This document shows, piece after piece, positions 25,560 to 37,300 of a stretch of 64,000 nucleotides of DNA. The position numbers and the translations under genes were made by a program. The notes below the pieces were generated by a model. The model was given only the letters and a program-made list of their open reading frames with translations, was not told where the DNA came from and did no database searches. Location: positions 18,928,871 to 18,992,870 of the forward strand of contig NC_092676.1 in assembly GCF_964355755.1 (NCBI RefSeq), given 5' to 3'. Position 1 is the first letter of the stretch. Each line of letters begins with the position of its first letter. This DNA is from Antedon mediterranea (Eukaryota > Animalia > Echinodermata).

Positions 25560-27699
25560 GCTGCCACCAACGTCTTTCCAGTGCCTTTAAAATTTGAAGT
25601 CAAGTTTTAATACTCCTTTTATATCGCCTAACAGACTCCAGAGCTGAGTAAGTATACACACTGTGGTGTCAACGCCGGCATTTCGTATGGTGTGCGCTCC
25701 GCAGTGTGTGTTGGCTCTGGAGTTTTCTAGGCGATGGGAAAGGAGAATAGTAATAACATATAGTCACAATCATCAGATTCAGTGGTGTATCTACCAAACC
25801 CAGTCGATCCCAATGACATCATCACAACGTCATCGTCAACGTGTCATTATCATCATCATTTGCATCACATAACAATCATACTTATTGTTGTAAATTTATA
25901 TAGGCCTATTGTAGGCTATATTATTATTATATTGTGATTGTTTTAAGATTACGTTATTGGGCCTACCTGTTGGAAGAAATATGACCGCATTACGTCTTTC
26001 CATAGCCTGACCAAATAGTTCCCTTTGATAAGTTCTTGGTGTAGTTGACGTCAACTTATTCACATACAAACTGCCGTTAAAGTTTATCTTTATCGGTCGT
26101 AACAGTTGCCGTTTTGGTGCATTAATTAAGCCGTGATCAAAAATATTTTTTTTATGTTTTTGCCCCTCAACATGTGTGTTATAATGACTTTTTGACGAAA
26201 AACATAACACTCTGCATGGTTGGCAACCTTTTCTGAGGTCATAGTCAGAATCAAGAGATGAACTTCTGTACGATAGGGGTGTTTGTATATGGTGTTTGTT
26301 CTTATAATGTTGATTTGCCGGTATCGGACCACTAAAGTGGACATCACACAAAGAACAAAAAGTTGCATCACAACCTTCCATTCCATTGGCTGGTTCATTG
26401 GGACTAACAGACTCTAGCCATTGTTCTTCCAGTTGACGGTGTTTGATGCTTTCGATGTGGGCCTGGAGAGGAATATTCCCACTCATGTTCTTATTACAAG
26501 CCACACAGTGAAAAACACCGCCTTTTGCTTTAATAGGGTTTTCAAAAAACACATCTTCATTGGATGATTCGTCGGATGATGGATCAGATTCCTCAGTTGT
26601 AACGGTTTCTTCCGCTGATTCGTAGGATGATTTGTCATATGTCCCACTAGCACACAATAACTTTGGATGTTTTCTAGGCCTAGTGGTGTTAATAAGGTCT
26701 GAATCATCCCTGTATCTAAGATTGAACGTACGTGAAAGAGGAACCATCTTTGTAATTCTAAATTTGGTTGTCTTAAGATCTTCTGTCACTCTGTAAAAAT
26801 AGCATTAATAATGCACATACAGACACTATATTTCTGTACAATATACGTTGTTCACAACTCTCCCCCTCCCCCCGCCTCTCTATCTCTTTGTTATTGGCAA
26901 AGAGAGCCCGTGAAATTGTCTTTAAATGAGGTTATAATATCCCAAAATTAGACATTTTAAGGCCAATCTATCCAATCAAATTTAAAAGAAGCTAATTTCG
27001 CTTGATTCTGGTGGTGTGGCTGTCACAATTTTCCAAAAAAAGTGACGGGTGGGGAACAGTCCCTTTTTTGGTGGGGGAGGGATGGGGGCGGATCAATGAT
27101 CAGTGTCCTCAAATATAATCGTGTTTGGTCTCATTTGAAAGTAAATTTAATTTTAAACACTGGAAACTGATTGCTATGGCAAGGCAATAAAACAAAAATG
27201 TCGACTGAATATATATAGGCCTACTTTTTTTAAAGGTAAAAATATAAAGCTAGGGCCTACCGGTTTTTCCTGGAGGTGAAAAGTGTCTGGTAAAGGCGAC
27301 AACGACGTCTTTTGGGTTGGGATTGCAACCGTAGTCTTGAAATGGTTGTAAGCGTACATGATTTCCTACCCATTCTTGGTTCCTTTGAAAACCTCTATGA
27401 TTTCAAAGAAACAAATTACTAATTTCTCAAAACAATTAAACCGTCACAAACAATCAAATTAAGGAACTTTGTTCTAAAGGTCATTTATAGAAGAAAGAAA
27501 CGAAGGATGTTAAAATGAAGTTATGAACTATAAATTTCTTTAAAAAATTATTTCTTTAAATGAAAATGTGAATTAAATGAAATACAGCAAAAACAAAATT
27601 AATGTAAACTTTTGTTTTGTTAACCAGCAAAAATAAAGAGCTTGACAATTATTCTCTTAATCCTCAAACAAATGGCATTACCTTTATAAATTGAAGCTA

Positions 27700-28362
27700 G
27701 GATCGCATTTTCATTATGCCTATCTCTTTGTTTGGCTTGTGATGACTTCTTCAATAGGCCTATACAAAACAGGAAATATCATAGGAACGTATAACATTAA
27801 TCGCAACACACGACAGCACACAATATGATTCTCTCTGTTAATTTTGTCCGGCCTGTATTCTGAGTTCCCTAAACTTTAGATAGATGATCTCTCATAAATA
27901 ATCCAGACTTTTCTAATTCGAAATAAAACAAGTAGCTTTCTGTTATATTTTTTCGAATTTCAACTTTGAAAACGACAAATGTGAATCAAATCCAAAATAC
28001 AGAGAAACAGAAACCTGGAAAAACCATTACTCATGTATTAAATTAAATTAAGGTAATGAATTATTCATGATTTCTGCCCACGTTCGTCCTGGAAAAAAAA
28101 ATTACGCGTTCGGGCGGAGGCCACTAAATAGTTAACTATAAACAGTAATACCGCCCTCTTGTATTATGTGAATGAATTTCTTTCAATTCCATGGATGATG
28201 CCTAGCCTGCCTCTCCTGCCCTGCTGCTGCCATTGAAAGTTTCCAAACCTCTCGCGCCGAGCAGCAGTCATTTGTATGTTGAAATAAAATATTTGAAAGG
28301 GCGGAACTTGATAAACGGGAATATTTCAATTTGAATGTGATGAACTAAGTCACAGATACACA
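27700..28362. promoter_or_regulatory. Putative shared (divergent) promoter region of DNAJC5 and helicase paralogue B
   Basis: The genes are head-to-head, with 1.6 kb between the B exon acceptor (26790) and the DNAJC5 ATG (28363). GC-box-like GGGCGG occurs at about 28112 and 28299. The TSS is not determined. Confidence 0.4.
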
Positions 28363-31300
28363 ATGAATCCTGAAAATCAACCACATGGTCATGGGGGAAA
28401 AGATACCCGGTCTATGAGGTGAGTCCGATGTATTCGTTTAGGCTAGCTAGGCTAGGCCTGGCCCTAGGCTAGGTAGGCCTAGGCCTAGGGCCTAGGCTAA
28501 TTAATATAATAATAAGGTCTAGGCCTACAGTATCTCCCCTCGCTACCTACTGTACCTTCCTAGGCTTTGGCTAGGATGGTAGACAGACAATCGATAGCGT
28601 GTACAGTTCAGTAGTGTATAGTTTGTAAATCCGTTACATTGTAGGCCTAGGCCCTAGGCCTAGTTAGTAGTTTATAATTAGTTCACAGCATACTGTCGCA
28701 CAGGGGGTGGGGGGACAGACGATCGGGACCACGGACGATCGAGCCCACATTTTGCGGTCCCGATCGTCTTGTGTGTTGGGACCGATCGTGGAGGTATAAT
28801 ACCTCCATGGACCGATCGTCTTACCAGTTGTTCCCGATCGTACAGTATTTTTAGAACCACGTTGGGCCCGATCGTCTTACCAGTTGGTCCTGATCGTCTT
28901 AGTGTTGGGCCCGATAGTCTAGTTGTTCCCGATCGTACAGTATTTTCAGAACCACGTTGGGCCCGATCGTCTTACCAGTTGGTCCTGATCGTCTTAGTAT
29001 TGGGCCCGATAGTCTAGTTGTTCCCGATCGTACAGTATTTTTAGAACCACGTTGGGCCCGATCGTCTTACCAGTTGGTCCTGATCGTCTTAGCATTGGGC
29101 CCGATAGTCTAGTTGTTCCCGATCGTACAGTATTTTCAGAACCATGTTGGGCCCGATCGTCTTACCAGTTGGTCCTGATCGTCTTAGCATTGGGCCCGAT
29201 AGTCTAGTTGTTCCCGTTCGTACAGTATTTTCAGAACCACGTTGGGCCCGATCGTCTTACCAGTTGGTCCTGATCGTATTAGCGTTGGGCCCGATAGTCT
29301 TTTGCGTTACAGTATATAAAATAATATTCCACATTTCATTCCTAGTGCTTAGTGTCAACGTGCTTTTCTTGCGTAAATTAAGATTTTAATTAAAAACATT
29401 AATTAGATTCATTCATAATTTTCTCCTAATTAACACTACTGGTTTTAAGAATTTCTTACCAAATACTCTCGATTTATGAATTGATAGTTAGTAATTGATT
29501 TTGATCGTTATTATTGTATTGTATTTGGCCCAAAGAAAAAGGTTAAAAATGTTGAAGAATTTAAAGTATATTGTAATGGTAAGGAACTATCACGGAAGCA
29601 TTCTGTTAAATACTTAGGATGTTATATGGATGAAGATCTTTGTGGTAAAACCATGGTAGAAAACGTACTTGCAAAAATGTATGCACGACTTAAATATTTG
29701 TATCGACAAAGTTGTTATCTTAATAGATCAAATCGTAAACTTTTAAGCAAACGCCCTCATACTTTGTCACTTTGATTATGCGTGTTGTGCAGCAGGCCCG
29801 TATGCAGCATTTATAATGGGGGGGTGCGAGCGAAGCGAGCAACAATGGCTGGGGGCCAGGGGGCCGCCAAGGGCCCCCGGTCAGGGTCCAGGGGCCGAAG
29901 GCCCTGGAAAAATTTGCGTTATTTGACGTTCTAAAGACTGATGTAAGACTCTCTGTTGTGGCTTGGGCTAGTTCAACGATGGACACCAGCTTTCATGATG
30001 AGGCCAACTCAGCAGGGGTGGCGCCAGGATCTTCCCGACGCGGGGGCTACATTCCCCGACGAGGGGGCTATGCGAGCGAAGCGAGCATTACTAGGCTGAG
30101 GGCCAGGGGCCGCCAAGGGCCCCCGGTGGGGGTCCAGGGGGCGAAGCCCCCGGAAGCAACGCGTTCTAGCGTCATTTGAGGTCTTTTTAATCAGATTTAG
30201 GGTAGCCATTTTTTCCATTTTTTATAATGCATAAATAAAATACTGCGTGCAAAAAAACGATGCGCGATGACGGTTTCAATCCATATTTTTCAATTTAAAA
30301 AATAAAAGTTCAAAGAAAATTTTGAAAAATAGAGTTGAAGGTCCCGGAAATTGGACTTATTATACTTCAAAACATGAAAAAAAAATATAAGTCCCTATCA
30401 TGGGTTGTGACTGAGCTAAGAAATGTTTGAAAAATAGAGATGTTAGGTCCCGGAAAATGTACTTCTTGTTCTTCGAAATATGACCAGCTTTATTGTTGGG
30501 GCTGAGCTAAGAAAATGTTTAAAACTAGAGCTGCAGGTCTTCAAAAAATTGCATTTTATACTTTGGAAACATCAGGCCTAGAGGCTTAAAAAAACGCAAG
30601 CGTAGACCTTTTTCAGTCGGGGAAAAAAGTTTATTCCTCCCAGGTGTATGCATGCGTACCATCTGGACTTCCGAGTGGCGAGAAATTCATGACATACAGG
30701 ATATTGAAAATGTAATAACTATAGCTATAATGTTGGCTAAGCGAAAATGGCATGTTTTTTTGTTTAGTAATGGATACAAAATTTATTTTAGGTGCCCCAC
30801 GGTACAGAAGGTTACTTGTAAATTAAAAAATTGGTGAACAAACGAACAATTAACATAATTCGTTTTTGCTGTAGTATAGCGTACGTCGACGCCGTACACG
30901 ACGTAACCGTCGGTAAACTTCGCCTGGAAAATAACACATTACACATTTTGGTCCCTGGATGAAACTTGATATCACGCGTCTCGACCCAACGTTGAACGAT
31001 TCGTACAAAGGGATACCGCCAGACAAGTGCGTACCTAGCTATTGTTTAGTAGTAAGTTAGATCGCTGGCAATAATGAATGCATATAAAGTGCATAATATC
31101 ACTCTGACGTACTCTCGTGGTCAATGAAACGTCGCGGTTTTCTAGGCGCTGAAGCTAGCTACGAAGTGAACGCGAACGCTTTTTACTGTATATTATATTC
31201 CCCGACAAAAAGTACACGTGTTCCCTGACGTTAAGTTGTCTGTATTTCTCCAGCAAACACTTTACCGCGTACCGCGTACATGAAGCGATAAAGCCTGGTT

Positions 31301-34300
31301 TCCATAAAATCGCTACACCGTTTCCATTGAAATCGCTACACGCGCAGATGTCACCGACGCGCATCGGGGAGGTCTCCCCATTCATCGCAGACAAATCGGC
31401 AAAGTTCAACCATGTTCAACTTTGCCGATTTTGTCGGCGATGAGTCGTATACGCGTGTACCAAAGAATATTTAGCGCTCGCGTACTAGATCCCCGATAAA
31501 TTCTAGCATTTCCATAGAATCGCTACGCTCTGTCGGCGACAGCAGTCGGCGACACGGTGTAGCGATTTTATGGAAACCAGGCTTAAGCTATTGCTTGTCG
31601 TCACATGATCGACTGCGCATGTTTTACATCGAGTTTGTAGTCAGTTCAGATTCCGTAATTTAATTACCGGTATTTTTTCATTTTATATTAGCATATTTTT
31701 GTTTGTATACCATTGATAATGTAAATTTTGTATATATATAATGATATTGTCTTTAGTTAAACAAGACAAGAAAAAATACCAACCGAGGAAATAGTGGACC
31801 TTTTGGGACTTGGGGGGGTGCGTCTGCACCCAACGCACCCCCCCTGGATACGGGCCTGTGCAGGGTATTCTGGACTAACCAGTTACTTTAAAGGAAAACT
31901 TTAATTTACTCAAAATAAAGTTGCCAGATTTATTTGTAACTAGGATAATAGGTCCCATATTGGTAAGGAAGAACTTAAATCTATTGGTCAAAAACTTAAT
32001 ATTGAAAGTCGGGTTAAACATTTAAAACTAAACCATGTTCACAAAATATTCATCAACAACCAAGCCATTCCATCCATGTACACACACTTCTCCAAGACAT
32101 CCACCATCCAAAATATCACAAGAAGAAGCTCTCACACATTCTTCTTCTACACAGCAGCACAACAATGGAACCTATTACCACACATTTTAAAATCCATTTT
32201 TAACAAGACAGATTTTAAATTTAAAGTAAAGGAATATAGCAACGTCTTATGAATGAATAAATGACAGATGTATTTTAACTTTACTGTAAAGACTTTAAAG
32301 AATGACTTGAAATATTATTTTAATAATCAATTTTATACAGTATGCTTTTATATTCTATGTTTTATTGTTTTACTGGTTTAATATTTTATTGTTTGTATAT
32401 AATGGACCCCAATGGAAATAAGCTTTTTGTGTTATCCATGGAAGACCGTATGTTTTAATTGTTCTTGTTGTCCAATTGTAATGTATATTTGTGTACTTCC
32501 GAATAAATCAAATCAAAGTATGTATTCCCATATTTAATTTTTGCTCTAGCGTGATATAACTTGACTTCTCTCTCGCGACAAAATTAATAGCACATGCATG
32601 AAACCTTATCCGTAATACATATTTTCATCTTTTTCTGAATCGAATAAACTATTTTAAAAAATTTTCCGAGAATGTTTTGGGCCCGATCGTCTCTGGTCTC
32701 GATCGACTTCACCCTTGATGGGCACGATCGTGTCTGGGCCCGATCGTCCGTGGTCCCGATCGTCTGATGACCTGTTGCACATACAGTACATATACTGTAC
32801 CGAGTGGATAAAGTGAAATATTAAGGTGTTTACACAGTAACTACCTGTGTAGCAGCAGTCAGGGGCATGATTGATGTGCTTTTATTTTATTTATTTTATT
32901 TTATTTTTTTTGCTACCAAAAATATACCATTAAACAGGCCTTTTTTGAATGGTTAAGTATTACTAACAAGAATAACTAGATTTGGTTTTCCTCACAACAA
33001 ACACGACATGCACGTACTGTACGTTAGAAAATGCGCACAGAAAATCATTTTAATGTTGATAAAACTATAATTAAAATATTTTATAATTCTTTTACATAGT
33101 GTAGTATACAGTATTTATTACGTTTGTGAAAGAACAGCTTTAATTTATTTTATGGCGAACAATTATACTTGCTTGATACTTGCTTGATGAATCCAATTCA
33201 TTTTCGTGGACCCGATCGTATTTTTAGAATGAGCCCGAACTAATTATGTTGGGCCCGAACGTCCATACAGTTGGGCCCTAACGTCCACACGCATCGGTAC
33301 CACATTGTCTTTGAATGGGCCCGATCATCTGACAATCAGACTACTGTAGGATAACTTGGTGAGTTAAAAATACTTCACAAATATACATTTTAATTTTTGA
33401 AATATTCATACAAATAATGATTTTTTTGATCGGCTGGTTGGTGTATGGGGGTTGTGAGTTTCATTCTATGCTTGACGACTTTAAACAATTTTTTGTCTTT
33501 TTTGTTGTTTTTTTTTTTCTTGTTACCATTTTGATTTTCTTTAGGTAAGGTAAGGCTGGCTTTACTCAACATTTTCCTATAGGGATGTATCTTACCTTCA
33601 GCCCCTAATTAGAGTGTAAGAAAGTGTACGTGTGTGGCGTGTGTATGTATAGTATAGTATGAAAACGCATTGGATGCATTCTAAGCGAAAACACTACAGT
33701 ACAATTACTGTACGCTGATGAGAAGGTCGGACCTCTGAACCAGCCCTTCTATCTATCTAAATATACTGTACTAAGTATAAAAAAAAAAACATCCCTCGAG
33801 GCTCTACAAAAGAAACAGTGAGTAAAAGAGGATTGGGGAGTATATTAAAAAAAGTGTTTTGAAACCGGACTCAAACAATGTTGGAATCTGAGCATTCAGA
33901 ATGGCTTAAAGTTTACACATACAGTAACAGTACTGTACAGTTCCGCAAATGTGTACACATTTTAGGCAATACAGTAGATGTACACTACTGTATATTTTTA
34001 TTAGATGGGCTTATGATATATTGTACACATAGGATGTATATGTATTGGTTTTATCAAAGAAGACGTGTTTAACAGTACTGTACCACCCAATGATTTTATA
34101 TAGCCAAGGGCTACATCTTAAAGAACAATATTTTGAACACATTTACGGCCGCCATCTTGTTGGTTCCCCCTCATATTGGAATCACTTTTCAGTCTGGAGT
34201 ACGCCCTCTAGCCTTCGGCTTTACCTCACTGGTACCACCCCAAACTGATGCCAATGAAGTGGCAGTATCGGTTACAGCTCTCATTAATTCACTTAAAATA

Positions 34301-37300
34301 AAGTCCTTACTACCCAATAACTAAATTAAAAGTTTCTGTACAAAATAATGAAATCATCATACAGTAATAACCAACATATTTCAAATAATTTCAATTAAAA
34401 CCTTCTGCCTTTAAAACACTATTGAAAAATCAGCCATAAGGGCTTTAACCCATTTTTTGGGACCCGGTGATATTCTTTGTACTGAAGTGGTTACCAAGAG
34501 TATAATATAAAAAATAAAAATTCATACTCGTAAATAATTTGATAAAATGTTGATTTTTATAACATATATTCATGTGACCTTGAGATCACTGGTCACATGA
34601 CATTTACTGATGATATTAATTTGGTATAAATTATTATTGGCTAAAAACTAAGATTTTCTCTTGCATGACAAAAACCATCAAACAGTGGCTGAATAGCTAA
34701 TGTACTCCTCATGAATAATCAATGAGATAATTTTATATGTGTCAAAGGTCACTAAGAAATTACTTGTATTATTGATTGTTGTATTGCAAAGTCACGCTTC
34801 AGTGAACATAATTTGATCATGACGGATGAAGACGTGCATAATTAGATGAGAGTAGTCATCGTATGTAAAGCTTCCAGCTTATTTTGCCGGCTTTTAAATA
34901 GCGTCTTCCTCCCGTAATAATAATAATCAGGCGTGTATTTTGTCTGGAGTCTGTCACCTCTAACTCTGGATTTTAGTGAAGATGACGAAGGATGATAAGG
35001 TTCCGTTGGTTGGTAACAAAGAAGGGTGGGTTTATTTGCTTGTTTGTTCCGTAGGCGGTTAAGATATATTAGTGAGTTGATTGCTTTTTTGCTGTAGTAC
35101 TCTAATGGATAGTGATTCATACAGATTTTAATTACACTGACGAACGTTCTGACATTGAATATTATATTAGTATTTTTAGTAACATCTGGAAACTTACTGC
35201 CCAATATACTGTTAGGCCTACAGTACAATTGTTAAAACAAAAGGTACTATAGCCTACTAGAAGCTACCGGCTACTTACTAATTAACAGCAGTTACAGTAG
35301 ATTGGTTTATAAGTGGTAGGCCTATACATTATTGTTTTCAGTATGTTAATTGTTTCAATTCTTTTCACTGTATTACGACAAAAATCAATGATGAAACATT
35401 GGGTGCAAGATCACTATACAACATAAAAGTAAAAAATAACAAATTAGTTGTACAGTAATTTTTGTCGTTACAAATGAATAAATACATGTATACAAATGAC
35501 TAATATTACTGTAACAATAGCATAGCACTTTGTTGCTATTATCGTATGTTTTTTGTTTAATTTGGCTGATAGTAAATATAATTATTCTGTGTAGTTGGCA
35601 ATAAGTTGATCACCAGTACTAATAATGTCAATGTTGTCAAATTTATATAGTGCTTTTAGAAATCAGCAGATTGCCCAAAGTGCTTTTAATAAATATTTTC
35701 ACTGTCAGCTGTTAAATAAATATATCTACTGTCAGTGCCAATGATAAATTTTACAGCTGTATTTATTTGAATATAAATGCCCTGCTTTGTAAACTCCCCC
35801 TCGAATAAATGCACCTCCTCCACCCACCCCCATATGACATCTTTCGGAATAAATTCCCCCATCACCTGCATTTGTATATAAAATAACACATTTCTATTGA
35901 AAGTAGAATTTATTAACTTCCAAGCATTTTAATGTATTTGATTACTTCTTGTGTTGTATTTTCCATTGGTACTACTTCTGGTCCTTATAACCGTGATACT
36001 AGACCACATATGGTGGCTATTGACTGTATACAGTTAGCACTGACAAACACTGCATGTTGATGCTCAAAACACTCATGCATGCCACTATCGTATACATTTT
36101 TTTATACAGTATAATCATAAAATGTATGCAAATTGATATAATTATGTTTACATACTATATAAAATAGTTTAGTAATCCTAAAATAGAAGAGTTGGATATC
36201 TTACCTTATTTACAGTATACCTCATGATATTCTAAATACAAGATTGTGTTTCTCTCAAAAAACAATGTTTAATTTATTACATGTTTGTGCCAACTGACGT
36301 ATTATTTGATCTTTGAAACACACCTCAATTTGCTTTTTGTTATTTGTAAAGTAATAAAACTAAATTTGCACATAAACAGAATGAATAAAGGGTAGATAAA
36401 AATCTTTGATTAAGTATTAATTATTGTTATCACAAAATAAAATCATATTTTTTCTACCTGAAAAACATGATCAATCTTTCCCGATGGGGGACCAATTCTT
36501 CTGACAGGGCGCCCTTCCATCACAAGGAGGGGAGAGGAGGGTGTTTGATCTGCCTGTGAATAAAAGGGAACCTCTTTAAAGCAATAGGGTTGGTGAAATT
36601 CAGTCCAAAATACGCAGAATTTTTTCCAAAATACGTCAAGTTGAGGGCGCTATTCATTTTCCAAAATACGCGATTTGTCCAAAATACGTCAACTTGAGGG
36701 CGTTAGTAATTTTCCAAAATACGTCAACTTGAGGCCACTATTAATTTTCTATTATCCGCTATCAGTCCAAAATACACAGAATTTTTCCAAAATACGTCAA
36801 CTTGAGGGCGCTATACTAAATACAAAATACGCGAGTCTTTCCAAAATACGTCAACTTGAGTTATCCAACTTAAAACAACTTTTGTAGCGCTATTAATTTT
36901 CTACAATAAGAAAGTTATCCGACATACCCTCCAACTTGAAGGCACAGTTTTCCAAAATACGCAAATTTTCCCAAAAAATATTCGAACCTTCAAAACGCGA
37001 GGCTGTTTTAAAAATTACTATAAAGGATTGCATCTTCAACATTGAAAAGATGAACCATTTTGGTAAGTTTTAAGTTCAGTTTGTATCATATTAGATAATA
37101 GTTCTTGTAGTACGGTAGTCCATTGGCAATATATCAATATTTGTTGTATGTTAGGATCTTCTGCTTGATATGCAGATGTGCTAACCATTAGACCACTGGC
37201 GCTTTCATGGTATAGTTCAAAGCCGATCTGATAGCGACTCTTTATATTCTCGGCGTGGTCCGGCGGAAAAGCACTAGTCCCTTAATTGTATGCACGCGCA

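Larger units (their letters stand above)
18274..26747 (-). pseudogene. Paralogue B: zinc finger + RIG-I/Dicer-family helicase (about 757 aa if repaired), exon 2 interrupted by an LTR retrotransposon
   Basis: Exons 26747(acceptor at 26790)-25967, 25584-25565 + 20813-20576 (split), 20341-19510, 19340-19184, 18703-18570 (GC donor), 18385-18274. Same intron positions and motifs as A ([32 protein letters not shown]). No other frameshift or stop seen. Confidence 0.82.
29793..31858. mobile_element. Non-autonomous TIR transposon inserted in the LINE fragment
   Basis: TIRs CAGGCCCGTAT(G)CAG / CTGGATACGGGCCTG, flanked by direct repeat TGCAG. Confidence 0.7.
29540..32240 (+). mobile_element. Degenerate non-LTR retrotransposon (LINE) ORF2 3' fragment, split by a DNA transposon
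   Basis: 29540-29790 reads ...[13 protein letters not shown]...ARLKYLYRQ...LCHFDYAC. It resumes after 31863 with ...QNKVARFI...[13 protein letters not shown], typical of the region C-terminal to the RT in L2/CR1-group LINEs. Contains stops and frameshifts. Confidence 0.7.
28710..32772. mobile_element. TIR element (MULE-like) with internal ~96-bp tandem array; host of nested insertions
   Basis: TIR CAGACGATCGGGACCACGGACGATCG (28716) / CGATCGTCCGTGGTCCCGATCGTCTG (to 32766). Candidate 9-bp TSD TGTCGCACA / TGTTGCACA, the left copy offset by a G run. Confidence 0.65.

Noticed and set aside
28438-28500. Interstitial telomeric repeat (TTAGGG/TTAGGC)
   Set aside because: Units are palindromic TAGGCCTA/TAGGCTA mixtures, not strand-asymmetric telomere repeats.
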